Position numbers and translations under genes: made by a program. Shown in pieces: positions 8,961-20,057 of a DNA stretch of 64,000 nucleotides (position 1 is its first letter; every line of letters begins with the position of its first letter). Source of the DNA: an uncultured Chloroflexia bacterium. GTDB lineage: Bacteria > Chloroflexota > Ktedonobacteria > Ktedonobacterales > JADMIN01. The stretch is from contig CAVPBB010000020.1 in assembly GCA_963701795.1 (NCBI GenBank), positions 71,727 through 135,726 on the forward strand, read 5' to 3'. Below the pieces are notes generated by a model. The model made no database searches and was not told the DNA's origin. It was given only the letters and a program-made list of their open reading frames with translations.

Positions 8961-11114
8961 ATGACGCATCACGATAGCGCAGCAACGCAGGGCGAACCCG
9001 CGCACACCAATCAGCTGATCCACGAGACCAGCCCCTACCTGTTGCAGCACGCGCACAACCCGGTAGACTGGTATCCCTGGGGCGACGAGGCGTTTGCACG
9101 GGCGCGGGCTGAGGACAAGCCGATCCTGCTCTCGATCGGTTACTCCGCCTGCCATTGGTGTCACGTCATGGCCCACGAATCGTTCGAGAACGAAACGACA
9201 GCCGCCATCATGAATCGCGCGTACGTCAGCGTCAAGGTGGACCGCGAGGAACGCCCCGACATCGACGCGCTCTACATGCAGGCGACCATCGAAATGACCG
9301 GCGGCGGTGGCTGGCCGATGACTGTGTTTCTCACGCCCGATGGCGCGCCGTTCCTCGCCGGCACGTACTTCCCGCCGGTGGATCGCTTCGGCATGCCCGG
9401 CTTTCCTCGGCTGCTGACCAATGTGGCGCAGTGGTATGCGACGCAGCGCGATGAGGTGGAGGAGCAGGCCCAGGCGATGCGCGAGATCTACCGCACGCGG
9501 GCGCAGCAGACGCTCCGCATGCCGCCGGGTTTGCTCGAAGGCGTCGTCGCGCTCGACCCGGCCATCCTGGCGCAGGCGGCCAACACCACCCTCGCCGAGT
9601 TCGATGCGCAGGACGGCGGACTCCAGCGAGCGCCGAAGTTTCCGCAGCCGCTGGGGCTGGAGTTCCTGCTGCGGATGGAGCGGCGACGGCGGGCGAGCGG
9701 CGCGGCCAGCGCAGGCGCCGCAGGGCTGAGCGACGACCTGCTGCCGCTGGTGACGCTGACGCTCGACAAGATGGCCAGTGGTGGCATCTACGATCAGGTG
9801 GGCGGCGGTTTCCATCGTTACTCCACCGATACCATCTGGCTCACGCCGCACTTCGAGAAGATGCTCTATGACAACGCGCTGCTGGCGCCCGTCTACCTGC
9901 GCGCCTGGCAGCTCACGGGCGAGCCACGCTATCGCCGCATCTGTGAGCAGACGCTGGACTACATCTTGCGCGAGATGACCGACCCCAGCGGCGCCTTCTA
10001 CTCCACCCAGGACGCCGACAGCGAGGGCGAGGAGGGCAAATTCTACGTCTGGACGCCTGACGAGCTACGCGCGATCCTCGGCGAGGAGGACGCCGCCGTG
10101 GCGCAGATCGTCTGGGATGTGACCGAGCGCGGCAATTTCGAGGGGCGCAATATCCTGCACATCGTGCGTGAGGTTGACGAGGCGGCGGCGACGCTGGGCA
10201 TCGGCGCGGACGAGGCGCAGGCGGCGCTGGCCCGCGCGCGCGAGCGACTCTACGCTGCGCGCTCACAGCGTGTCTGGCCGGGGCGCGACGACAAAACCAT
10301 CACGGCGTGGAATGCGCTGGCGCTGCGGGCCTTCGCCGAAGTGGCGAGCGCGCTGGATCGCGACGACTACCGCGACGCCGCACTGAAGAACGCCGGCTTC
10401 CTGCTGAAGACGATGCTCCGCGAAGGGCGGTTGCTGCGCGCCTGGCGCGCTGGTCAGGCGAAGATCGACGCCTATCTGGAAGACTACGCCGCGCTCGCCA
10501 ATGCGCTCATCAGCGTCTACGAGCTGACGGGCGAGCCGCGCTACTTCGTCGCCGCGCGCAGCCTGGGCGATGACATGCTGCGGCGCTTCTGGGATGAGCA
10601 GACGGAGGCGTTCTTCGACACCGCCTCTGACCACGAGCGGCTGATTGGCCGCCCGCGCGAGCTGAGCGATAACGCCACGCCCAGCGGGTCGAGCCTGGCC
10701 TGCGAGGCGCTGCTGCGGCTGACCGCGCTCACGGGCGAGGCGCGCTACCGCGAGCATGCCGCCCGCACGCTGCTGCCACTCACGCCGCTCATGCTGCGCG
10801 CGCCCGCATCGTTTGGCCGCTACCTCTGCGCGCTGGATGACCTCATCGGCCCATTCTTCGAGGTGGCGCTGGTGGGCGCGGCGGATGATCCACGGCTGCT
10901 GGCCCTGCGCACGGAGGCGACCGATCACTACCAGCCACGCATGGCGCTGGCCTGGGGTGAGCCGTCCGCCGCATCTGTCCCATCTGTCGCGGTTCCGCTG
11001 CTGGAAGCGCGTGGCCTGGTGGATGGCGCTCCCGCCGCGTATGTCTGCCAGAGTTTCGTCTGCCAGCGCCCCGTCACGGCGCCCGCCGCGCTGCGCGCGC
11101 TGCTGGGGGGCTAG
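8961..11114 (+). CDS. thioredoxin-domain protein of the YyaL/DUF255 (SSP411-like) family
   Basis: [61 protein letters not shown] is the hallmark DUF255 N-terminus. It is followed by a six-hairpin glycosidase-like region. ATG 8961 is preferred over GTG 8931. Confidence 0.9.
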   Translation: MTHHDSAATQGEPAHTNQLIHETSPYLLQHAHNPVDWYPWGDEAFARARAEDKPILLSIGYSACHWCHVMAHESFENETTAAIMNRAYVSVKVDREERPDIDALYMQATIEMTGGGGWPMTVFLTPDGAPFLAGTYFPPVDRFGMPGFPRLLTNVAQWYATQRDEVEEQAQAMREIYRTRAQQTLRMPPGLLEGVVALDPAILAQAANTTLAEFDAQDGGLQRAPKFPQPLGLEFLLRMERRRRASGAASAGAAGLSDDLLPLVTLTLDKMASGGIYDQVGGGFHRYSTDTIWLTPHFEKMLYDNALLAPVYLRAWQLTGEPRYRRICEQTLDYILREMTDPSGAFYSTQDADSEGEEGKFYVWTPDELRAILGEEDAAVAQIVWDVTERGNFEGRNILHIVREVDEAAATLGIGADEAQAALARARERLYAARSQRVWPGRDDKTITAWNALALRAFAEVASALDRDDYRDAALKNAGFLLKTMLREGRLLRAWRAGQAKIDAYLEDYAALANALISVYELTGEPRYFVAARSLGDDMLRRFWDEQTEAFFDTASDHERLIGRPRELSDNATPSGSSLACEALLRLTALTGEARYREHAARTLLPLTPLMLRAPASFGRYLCALDDLIGPFFEVALVGAADDPRLLALRTEATDHYQPRMALAWGEPSAASVPSVAVPLLEARGLVDGAPAAYVCQSFVCQRPVTAPAALRALLGG

Positions 11115-11267
11115 CGATTCGCGAGGGACCACTAGGCATGCGAGGCGTGATGTGAGACACTGGGGGCGCAATCTCAACCCCAGCCGTACTCCAGTCGTAC
11201 TCCCAACGGGAGCCTTGAACAGAGACATGCCGACACAGATGGATGTGGCAGCAGAGGAGACCTGGCG

Positions 11268-11750
11268 ATGACGAACCCGTCACCCTATGGTGAGTATCCG
11301 AATTATCAGCCGCTGACCGGGCCGACGACAGAGCAGCCGCCCTATCCCTCACAGCCGTATCAGCCCTATCAGCAGCAACCCTATCCCGCGCAGGAGCAGC
11401 CGCCCTATACTGGCTACGCGCCACCACCGCCGCCGCCGCAACAGCAGCCCTACAGCGGCTATGCGCAGCCGCAATATGCGCCTGGCCCTGGCTATGCGCC
11501 TGTTGGCCCGACGAGCGGCATGGCCATCGCCAGCCTCGTCTGCTCGCTGCTGGGCATCGGCCTGGTGGGAGTGATCCTCGGCCATCTCGCGCTGAGCGAG
11601 ATCAAGAAGTCGAATGGCTACACGCAGGGGCGCGGCCTCGCCATCGCTGGACTCATCATCGGCTACGTGCAGATCGCGGCTGGCATCGCGATTGCGCTCT
11701 TCTTCTTCATCGGGATCATTTTCGCGCTGAATGCGCCGCCATCTCAGTAG
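11268..11750 (+). CDS. DUF4190 membrane protein with a Pro/Gln/Tyr-rich N-terminal low-complexity region
   Basis: A PYPSQPYQPYQQQPYPAQEQPPY... repeat region is followed by MAIASLVCSLLGIGLVGVILGHLALSEIKKSNG...GLAIAGLIIGYVQI, typical of DUF4190. GAGGAG RBS. Confidence 0.7.
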   Translation: MTNPSPYGEYPNYQPLTGPTTEQPPYPSQPYQPYQQQPYPAQEQPPYTGYAPPPPPPQQQPYSGYAQPQYAPGPGYAPVGPTSGMAIASLVCSLLGIGLVGVILGHLALSEIKKSNGYTQGRGLAIAGLIIGYVQIAAGIAIALFFFIGIIFALNAPPSQ

Positions 11751-11812
11751 CGCCCGCCTGCGCCTGACGCCACCACGCCCACTCACGCCCATCGCGCCCC
11801 GTCCGTGGGGGA

Positions 11813-12079
11813 GTGGTGGGCGCGCGGGCAATGCGCCCCAGAAGGATAGCTGCCGTGCGCTCCGACATCATTCCGCCCAACCGCTTCCTCACCATCGCGC
11901 TGTCGCTCGGCATCCTCGCGCTGATCGCCTATGGCGCGTATCACCGCGACCCCGTCACGCTCGTCATCATCCTGGCGCTGGCGATCTTCTTTGGGCTGCC
12001 CGCGCTGCTGCTCTTCACGCTCAACCGCCGCGCCCGCCTGCGCCCGACGCCCCCACCCGACGACGCCGACCGCCCCTGA
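11813..12079 (+). CDS. small hypothetical membrane protein (two predicted helices)
   Basis: The ORF encodes FLTIALSLGILALIAYGAY and LVIILALAIFFGLPALLLFTL. The start is ambiguous and no family is recognised. Confidence 0.35.
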   Translation: MVGARAMRPRRIAAVRSDIIPPNRFLTIALSLGILALIAYGAYHRDPVTLVIILALAIFFGLPALLLFTLNRRARLRPTPPPDDADRP

Positions 12080-12236
12080 GTCGCCGCACGCAATCTGCGG
12101 CGTCGGCTGAATCTTGTCCCTCAGGGTGTCGTTTTCGCATCCGCTCATTCGACGTATGGATGGAATGGACTTGTGGGCAGGTATGTGCGCCTGACCACAG
12201 ATGTCCAGCGCGAGACACAGCCTGGAGGAGGCAGCT

Positions 12237-12584
12237 ATGCGATACGCGCTTTTGATCTATGATGACGAGACGAAGGGCGCCCAGATGACCAGGGAAGAAG
12301 GCGAGGCCGTCATGGCCGCGTACTTCGCCTATGGTGAGCAGTACAAGGACAAAATCGTCGGCGGCGAGGCGCTGATGCCGACGAACGACGCGACCACGGT
12401 GCGCCTGCGCGAGGGCAAGACGCTCACCACCGATGGTCCCTTCGCCGAGACGAAGGAACAGTTGGGTGGCTTCTATCTCGTCTCCGCCGCTAATCTCGAT
12501 GAGGCGATTGAGCTCGCGGCGCGCATTCCCGGCGCGGCGGAAGGCTGCATCGAGGTGCGCCCTGTGATGGAGTTCGAGAGCTAG
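12237..12584 (+). CDS. YCII-related (DGPF) domain protein
   Basis: MRYALLIYDDE...TTDGPFAETKEQLGGFYLVSAANLDEAIELAARIP is a typical YCII/DGPF domain. Strong GGAGGAGG RBS. It sits upstream of its usual sigma-factor partner. Confidence 0.8.
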   Translation: MRYALLIYDDETKGAQMTREEGEAVMAAYFAYGEQYKDKIVGGEALMPTNDATTVRLREGKTLTTDGPFAETKEQLGGFYLVSAANLDEAIELAARIPGAAEGCIEVRPVMEFES

Positions 12585-12664
12585 CGCACGCGACCACATC
12601 CCACGCCTCCTCTCCTCGTCGGGGAGGAGGCGTCTGGGTTCAGGCGAGAGCCGCTCAGGAGTAT

Positions 12665-13924
12665 ATGCAGCAGACACCACAGATCGTCGAGCGGACGTTT
12701 CGCGAGGAGTCGGGGCAGATTCTTGCCGCGCTGATCGCGAGCGTCGGCGATTTCACCATCGCCGAAGATGCGCTGCAGGATGCGGTGGAGGCGGCGCTGC
12801 GCCAGTGGCCGCGCGTGGGGGCGCCGCGCAACCCCGCCGCGTGGCTGACCACCATCGCCCGCCGCCGCGCGATTGACCGGCTGCGGCGCGACGCCACGCT
12901 GATGCGCAAGCAGGCCACCCTCGATGTGTTGGCCGAGCTTGAGGCCACACCGGATATCACTGCGTCAGACGCTATCCACGACGAGCGGCTGAAGCTGCTC
13001 TTTACCTGCTGTCATCCCGCGCTGTCGCTGGAGGCGCGCATCGCGCTGACCCTGCGCACGCTCGGCGGCCTCTCGACCGACGAGATCGCCCGCGCGTTCC
13101 TCGTGCCAGAGGCGACGATGGCCCAGCGGCTTGTACGCGCCCGCCGCAAGATTCGCGACGCTGGCATTCCCTACCAGGTTCCGCCGCTGCGCCTGCTGCC
13201 AGAGCGGCTCGAAGGGCTGCTCGCCACGCTCTACCTGATCTTCAACGAGGGCTATGCGGCATCCGCTGGCGATACACTGATTCGCCGCGAACTCTGCGCC
13301 GAGGCCATCCGCCTGACGCGCACGCTCGTGACGCTGCTCGCCCGCGAGCCAGAGCTGCCCGGCGCGCCAGAGGCGTTGGGGCTGCTCGCGCTGATGCTGC
13401 TGACCGATGCGCGCCGCCGCGCTCGCATCGATGCGCAGGGCGACCTCATCACCCTGGACGAGCAGAACCGCGCGCTGTGGGATCGCGCTGAGATTGTTGA
13501 AGGGCTGGCACTGCTCGACCAGGCCCTGCGCGAGCGCCAGCGCGGGCCATATCAGCTTCAAGCGGCGATCAGCGCGTTGCACGCGCAGGCCGCGACGGCC
13601 GCCGAGACGGATTGGGGCGAGATCGCGCTGCTCTACGCGACCCTCGCAGAGCTAACGCCCACACCCGTCGTGGAGCTGAACCACGCGGTGGCTGTGGCGA
13701 TGGCCGATGGCCCTGCGGCTGGCCTCGCCCTGCTCGATGACCTGCGCCTGGGCGAGCGGCTGAGCGAGTATCACCTCTACCACGCCGCGCGCGCCGATCT
13801 GCTGCGCCGCGACGGACGCGCGGATGAGGCAGCAGTCAGCTACCAGCGCGCCCTTGCCTTTTGCCAGAATCAGGTGGAGCGTCGCTATCTACTGCGGCGG
13901 CTGGCCGAGGTAGATAGCGCATAA
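12665..13924 (+). CDS. ECF-type RNA polymerase sigma factor with a long C-terminal TPR-like extension (COG4941-like)
   Basis: 419 aa. Sigma region 2 (AEDALQDAVEAALRQWP...NPAAWLTTIARRRAIDRLRR) and region 4 (LTLRTLGGLSTDEIARAFLVPEATMAQRLVRARRKI) are followed by a C-terminal domain of about 230 aa. AGGAG RBS. Confidence 0.85.
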   Translation: MQQTPQIVERTFREESGQILAALIASVGDFTIAEDALQDAVEAALRQWPRVGAPRNPAAWLTTIARRRAIDRLRRDATLMRKQATLDVLAELEATPDITASDAIHDERLKLLFTCCHPALSLEARIALTLRTLGGLSTDEIARAFLVPEATMAQRLVRARRKIRDAGIPYQVPPLRLLPERLEGLLATLYLIFNEGYAASAGDTLIRRELCAEAIRLTRTLVTLLAREPELPGAPEALGLLALMLLTDARRRARIDAQGDLITLDEQNRALWDRAEIVEGLALLDQALRERQRGPYQLQAAISALHAQAATAAETDWGEIALLYATLAELTPTPVVELNHAVAVAMADGPAAGLALLDDLRLGERLSEYHLYHAARADLLRRDGRADEAAVSYQRALAFCQNQVERRYLLRRLAEVDSA

Positions 13925-13925
13925 G

Positions 13926-14492
13926 TTAGCCGCTGGTGGCGACGGCCTCCCAATAGCCGGGGTAGCGGGTCACCAGCCCAGCCGCATTGACGAACAGGTC
14001 CACGATGAATTCGCCATCCGATGATTCATAGCGATAGGTCGTCTCGCCGGTATGGCGATAGGTTTGGGGCAGTGGCTCCAGCGTCAATTCGGGGAAGCGC
14101 AGCCACGCCGCGCGCACATCCGCCGACTGCCCGGCAGGCAGATTCAGCCGACGAATCGGGAGCAGATTAGTGGCGGGACTGAAGTTGAGGTCGAGGTCCA
14201 CACAACCTGTCACCGCTGGTTGTTCCTCGCCATTCAGCGACCAACGGTCTGCGTTGTCTCGCGCCAGGCTGACGCGCACACTAACGTCACCGACCCAGCC
14301 CACCACCTCCGCAGTCATCGTGCGCCAGGCGGTGTCGCAGTGGATCTGGTAGTTGAGCAGGCAGGGCTGCCCGTCGTGAGCGAAGATCGCCGCGCCGGCC
14401 AGCCGCCAGCCAGAAGACGGATCGAGGGACAGCCGCGCAGACTCGTGTCCGCTCCGGTCGAGCCGGTTCCAGAGAATGCTCTGATCTGGCAT
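13926..14492 (-). CDS. putative glycolipid-binding (DUF1089) family protein
   Basis: MPDQSILWNRLDRSGHESARL...LNYQIHCDTAWRTMTAEV...DLDLNFSPATNLLPIRRL...YESSDGEFIVDL fits the DUF1089 pattern. The start at 14492 avoids overlap with metK. Confidence 0.7.
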   Translation of the reverse strand: MPDQSILWNRLDRSGHESARLSLDPSSGWRLAGAAIFAHDGQPCLLNYQIHCDTAWRTMTAEVVGWVGDVSVRVSLARDNADRWSLNGEEQPAVTGCVDLDLNFSPATNLLPIRRLNLPAGQSADVRAAWLRFPELTLEPLPQTYRHTGETTYRYESSDGEFIVDLFVNAAGLVTRYPGYWEAVATSG

Positions 14493-14509
14493 GCTGCCCC
14501 GCCTATCGT

Positions 14510-15772
14510 CTAGTTTTGGGCCGTGGCCGCCGCGCCGACCGACGCCCGTAGAGCGTCTACCTTGTCGAGGCGCTCCCACGGCAGATCGATGTCGGTGCGC
14601 CCAAAGTGGCCGAACGCCGCCGTCTGCTGGTAGATCGGGCGGCGCAGGTCCAGCGCCTGGATGATGCCCGCCGGGCGCAGGTCGAAGTGCTCATGGATCA
14701 GCGCGATGATCTCCTCATCGGAGACCTTGCCCGTGCCAAACGTCTCGACGAAGAGCGAGAGCGGGCGCGCCACGCCAATCGCGTAGGCGATCTGCACCTC
14801 GAAGCGGTCGGCCAGGCCCGCCGCGACGATATTCTTCGCCACGTAGCGCGCTGCGTAGGCCGCCGAGCGGTCCACCTTGGTCGGGTCTTTGCCGCTGAAG
14901 GCGCCGCCGCCGTGGCGCGCCATGCCGCCGTAGGTGTCCACGATGATCTTGCGGCCGGTGAGGCCCGCATCGCCCATCGGGCCGCCGATGACGAAGCGCC
15001 CGGTCGGGTTGACGAACACCTTGGTATCGGCGTCGAACATCTCCGCTGGGATCACCGGCTTGATGATCTGCTCGAGCGTGTCGGCGGCGATCTGCGCCTG
15101 GCTGACGTCCTCGGCGTGCTGCGTCGAGATGACGACGGTATCCACACGCACAGGTCGGCCATGCTCGTACTGAATCGTCACCTGGCTCTTGCCATCGGGG
15201 CGCAGATACTCCATCGAGCCATTGCCCGCCCAGGCGGCGCGGCGAACCTCAGAGAGGCGGCGGGTCAGCTTATGCGCGTAGCTGATCGTCGCGGGCATCA
15301 GTTCGGGCGTCTCATTGCAGGCGAAGCCGATCATCATGCCCTGGTCGCCCGCGCCGATAGCGTCCAGTTCAGCATCCGAGAGCGAGCCAGTCGCCGCGCG
15401 CTCGCGATACTCCACCGAGGAGCTGACGCCCATATCGATGTCGGGGCTTTGCTTGCCAATCGAGGTCGTGACACCGCAGGTGCGATAGTCGAAGCCGTAG
15501 CGCGCGTCAATGTAGCCCACCTGCTCGATGGTTGCGCGCACAATCGCGGGGATGTCGGCCCAGGCGGTGGTCGTGATCTCGCCCGCCACGAGCACCAGGC
15601 CGGTCGTCGTCGCCGTCTCGCAGGCCACGCGCGCCAGCGGATCATCTTTCAGCAGCGCATCGAGCACGCCATCGCTGATCTGATCGCACAGCTTGTCGGG
15701 ATGCCCCTCGGTCACGCTCTCACTCGTGAAGAACGTGCGGGGCGAACTCATGAAACTACTGGTGTCCGCCAT
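14510..15772 (-). CDS. metK: S-adenosylmethionine synthetase
   Basis: [53 protein letters not shown] and [19 protein letters not shown] are invariant MetK motifs. Confidence 0.97.
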   Translation of the reverse strand: MADTSSFMSSPRTFFTSESVTEGHPDKLCDQISDGVLDALLKDDPLARVACETATTTGLVLVAGEITTTAWADIPAIVRATIEQVGYIDARYGFDYRTCGVTTSIGKQSPDIDMGVSSSVEYRERAATGSLSDAELDAIGAGDQGMMIGFACNETPELMPATISYAHKLTRRLSEVRRAAWAGNGSMEYLRPDGKSQVTIQYEHGRPVRVDTVVISTQHAEDVSQAQIAADTLEQIIKPVIPAEMFDADTKVFVNPTGRFVIGGPMGDAGLTGRKIIVDTYGGMARHGGGAFSGKDPTKVDRSAAYAARYVAKNIVAAGLADRFEVQIAYAIGVARPLSLFVETFGTGKVSDEEIIALIHEHFDLRPAGIIQALDLRRPIYQQTAAFGHFGRTDIDLPWERLDKVDALRASVGAAATAQN

Positions 15773-15977
15773 GATCGCCTATCTTGCCTCTCTCTGCTAG
15801 CCACGCCCGGGAGCCACGCTAGCTCTACAACGCTACACCGAACCGATCGCCCATTAGCCTGAACGACTGCTCGTCACTCGTGAAATCGTCCTCCCTGCGG
15901 GGACGGCAGCGACGGGGCAGAAGGCAGCCGCCCACTGCGTTCCGCTGCGCCGTCCCCATCGGGAGAAGGTGATACGC

Positions 15978-17279
<1,302 letters not shown>

Positions 17280-17650
17280 TCATGCGCCGGGGAAGAACAG
17301 AGCGGCGGCGCAACGCGCCAGGCCCGCTCAGCTTTCTCGTCATGGGTTGTCGCCCAGCCGCGAACCGTCGCCGGTAGGCGGTCGACTGGGCGCGGTCGCT
17401 CGTCGCGCGTGGTCATGGAGCCGCCCCAGATCGTGCAATGCAGAGCCAATATGGGTCGCCGGGTGCTTCACTCTGCGCTCCTCCAGGCGCGTGCAAAAGC
17501 GAAGGTCACGGCGTCGGCGTCCACGGCGGTCCGCGCGTCCGGCCAGGATATTTTCAGCATCATCGCTGTTCGGCTGACACAGCCGTCGCTCTCTATCAGA
17601 GCGCCAGATGGGCCGCCAGGTTTCGTCGTCTCGGGCGCCTCGCACACGCT

Positions 17651-18604
17651 TCAGGAATCGCGCTCGCCATTCCGCCAGCTTCCCTCGAAGTGGGTGAAGC
17701 GCACAAACTCCTGATAGCGGTTCGCGATCTCGTCGGGCGTCAGCGTGAGCAATCGCCGCACGCTGAAGTCTTCGCAGGCGAAGGACCCCATGATGTTGCC
17801 ATGCACCAGCGCCCGCTGATAGTCGTTCGCGGTCAGCGGGCCGCCACTGGCGCTCAGCCGCTGCGAGAGATAGCCGAGGAAGCCGCCCGCGAACGAGTCG
17901 CCCGCGCCGGTAGGGTCGCGCAGCACATCCAGCGGATAGGCGGGCGCGGCGAAGTAGCCGCCGGTGGCGTCGAAGAGCAGCGCGCCATACGATCCCTGCT
18001 TCACCACGAGGCGGCTCGGCCCCAATGCCAGGATGCGCCGCACGGCCTCACGCAGGCTGGGGACGCCGGTATACTGGCGCGCCTCCTCCTCCGCGATGAT
18101 GACCACATCGACCCGGCGCATGACCTCGGTGAGCGCGTCGCGCGCGGTGTCGATCCACAGGTTCATCGTGTCGAGCGCGCGCATGTGCGCGCCTGCGCCC
18201 GCCTGACGCAGCACGTCGAGCTGCAACTCTGGCTGAATGTTCGCGAGGAAGACGACCTCAGCGCCGTTGTAGGCGGACGGAATGCTGGGCGAGAAGTCGG
18301 CGAAGACGCCGAGCCGGGTGAAGAGGGTGTCGCGGGCGTTCATGTCGAGGTGGTAGCGCGCGCCCCAACGGAATGTCTCACCCGCGACAGTCTGCACGCC
18401 CTCCAGCCGGATGTGTCGCGCATCGAGCTGCTGGCGATACTCCGCGGGGAAGTCATCGCCGACCACCGCGACCACATTCACCTGATCGTAGTGCGCGGCA
18501 GCCAGCGCGAAATACGAGACGGCGCCGCCCAGCGCGTCAGTCACCGCGCCAAATGGCGTCTCGACACTATCCAGTCCGACGGACCCCACAACTGTTATCG
18601 CCAC
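17651..18604 (-). CDS. PfkB-family sugar/nucleoside kinase (possible adenosine kinase)
   Basis: The PfkB signatures are GGAVSYFALAAA and DPTGAGDSFAGGFLGYL. The likely start is GTG 18604 behind AAAGGGAG. The listed ORF extension to 18808 runs through a REP hairpin and the riboswitch terminator, so it is not coding. Confidence 0.85.
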   Translation of the reverse strand: MAITVVGSVGLDSVETPFGAVTDALGGAVSYFALAAAHYDQVNVVAVVGDDFPAEYRQQLDARHIRLEGVQTVAGETFRWGARYHLDMNARDTLFTRLGVFADFSPSIPSAYNGAEVVFLANIQPELQLDVLRQAGAGAHMRALDTMNLWIDTARDALTEVMRRVDVVIIAEEEARQYTGVPSLREAVRRILALGPSRLVVKQGSYGALLFDATGGYFAAPAYPLDVLRDPTGAGDSFAGGFLGYLSQRLSASGGPLTANDYQRALVHGNIMGSFACEDFSVRRLLTLTPDEIANRYQEFVRFTHFEGSWRNGERDS

Positions 18605-18630
18605 ATCTGCTCCCTTTATCGTCGGCGCGG

Positions 18631-18687
18631 CCTCACCCCGGCCCTCACCCCCGGCCCCTCTCCCACGGGGAGAGGGGAGCAGGGAAG
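18631..18687. repeat. REP-like GC-rich hairpin element (copy 1 of 2)
   Basis: ccctcacccccggCCCCTCTCCCacgGGGAGAGGGGagc has a perfect 10-bp stem at 18655-18664 / 18668-18677. A related copy lies at 36141-36183. Confidence 0.5.
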
Positions 18688-18710
18688 CGCCAGCCCTGAA
18701 AATAGTCAAC

Positions 18711-18930
18711 AAAAAAGGCTTCTCTCTGGGAGAGAAGCCACATCGGCGCAGTTGGCGTCGCCCGCTCGCAGACTCGTCGGAGCAGAACCATCCGCTGGAT
18801 GCGCTCATCTCTCAGAGAAGTGTCGCTTCTCTGCCGGAGTTAGCACCTGGTCGCGCGACGCCGCCTTGCCACGTCACGCGCTGGTTGCTGGGTGTCTCAG
18901 GGCCGTTCCCTCCACCCGTCTGGATGAGCC
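18711..18930 (-). promoter_or_regulatory. SAM-I (S-box) riboswitch with intrinsic terminator, leader of the pfkB-ahcY-metK operon
   Basis: The reverse-strand RNA reads GGCUCAUCCAGACGGGUGGAGGGAACGGCCCUGAGACACCCAGCAACC...GGUGCUAACUCCGGCAGAGAAGCGACACUUCUCUGAGAGAUGAGC. The P1 halves are CUCAUC/GAUGAG, and the conserved GAGGGA, GGCCC, GCAACC and GGUGCUAA-UCC blocks are all present. It is followed by GGCUUCUCUCccagaGAGAGAAGCC + UUUUUU (18711-18739). Confidence 0.85.
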
Positions 18931-18975
18931 AGGGCGATTGCGCGCCGCCCAATGCGCTATTCAACTGTCGCGAGC

Positions 18976-19004
18976 ATGATAGCACAGGGCGCCGAGCGGG
19001 GCAA
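18976..19004 (-). promoter_or_regulatory. candidate sigma-70-type promoter of the riboswitch-led operon
   Basis: On the reverse strand: TTGCCC, a 17-nt spacer, then TATCAT, about 45 nt upstream of riboswitch P1. Confidence 0.35.
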
Positions 19005-19007
19005 CCT

Positions 19008-19280
19008 CTATGTGCGCATGAAGAAACCGACGCATGCCACGATCAGTCCAGCCAGCGGGAAGATCGATGCGATCAGATAGTTCACGTTTCGCGAGATGAG
19101 TTCAAGCGGGAGGCTGCGGAGGATCAGCGTCTCCATCGGGCCTTGAAACGCCAGGCCGAACAGAATCAGCGCGATGCCGAGCAACAGAAACCTGAGTGAT
19201 CTGGTCACAATGAGCCTTACCCTTTCATGGCGGGATACACCGAAGTGAACGAGTAGCCACCGCTCAATGTATCTCGCCAT
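19008..19280 (-). CDS. small hypothetical membrane protein
   Basis: 90 aa with two or three hydrophobic helices (FLLLGIALILFGLAF, YLIASIFPLAGLIVACVGFF). It lies in a locally lower-GC patch. AAGGA before the ATG. Confidence 0.4.
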   Translation of the reverse strand: MARYIERWLLVHFGVSRHERVRLIVTRSLRFLLLGIALILFGLAFQGPMETLILRSLPLELISRNVNYLIASIFPLAGLIVACVGFFMRT

Positions 19281-20057
19281 TCCTTGCCAAATGGGGAAAT
19301 GGCGACGGTTATCGACAGCGACCGTGCTAGTTGAGATAGACCTGAGTGACTTTGGTCGTTACATCTGCAATCCTCCGTTAGCGGACACAAACTGCGTTTC
19401 CCCTGGGTGATCGCTCGCCAGCCGCCCCGTGCTCTGGCGTTGCACCGCATGGCCAGCGCGAAGGCCAGCGACGACGCCGGAGTCAGCTCGAGCGGCGGCC
19501 AGTCGCGCCAGAATACCTGCCATGCAGTATACATGCGACTACCAGCAGATGCGGCCTCGGCTGCCAGCCGCCATGCCACTCCCCAGGACTCCTGGCGACC
19601 TGCTCGCCTGCTAACCCATTTGTCTGTTGGGCGCGCGCAACGCTTCCGGCGCCCGCTATTGCCGCGCCAGTGACCGCTGAGGGAGTCGCGCGGCGCGTTA
19701 TCTCCGTCTGCTCGTACAGCCTGACAGAAGCCCGGCGAGTAGGAAAGCTGGTATACCGGTTTTGCTCATGATGAAGGGGTATGGTAGCATGGCGACGCCA
19801 CCACCGGGATGTTGGGGGCCTTGTGTTCCGATGTGAGCGTTACCGCCGTTTCATGCGTCCGTTCCACTTGACAGACGCTCTGATGACACACGCCGATGAA
19901 GAATGATCGTGTACAGAGCCACGCTGCCAGCAGGACAGGACCCGGCGAGGGGAGGGGCCGGACCATGGACCTGACCGTCGTACCTGCGGCTTCAGACTTC
20001 GCCCCCGCCAGCGAATCGGCCGAACTCCCTTCGGAGACGGCAAAGGGGCGCGCGCGG

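Noticed and set aside
14606-15862. 418-aa plus-strand ORF opposite metK
   Set aside because: It is a shadow ORF antisense to metK, with low-complexity Arg/Ala-rich composition. metK motifs on the other strand are decisive.
15773-15977. Possible second SAM riboswitch in the 205-nt ahcY-metK spacer
   Set aside because: I could not find the S-box, SAM-II, SAM-IV or other SAM aptamer core strings. Only a long GC hairpin (GGGGACGGC...GCCGUCCCC) right after the ahcY stop is evident, and it is more likely a processing or stability element.
18605-18808. N-terminal extension of the PfkB ORF (MSASSGWFCSDES...PSPRGRGAGGEGRGEA...)
   Set aside because: It covers the riboswitch 3' half, the intrinsic terminator and a REP hairpin. 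A GTG with a good RBS at 18604 gives a normal-length PfkB protein.
17438-18979. 513-aa plus-strand ORF spanning the pfkB gene, the riboswitch and the REP hairpin
   Set aside because: It is antisense to a PfkB kinase with clear motifs and runs through a SAM-I riboswitch and its terminator. No domain is recognisable.
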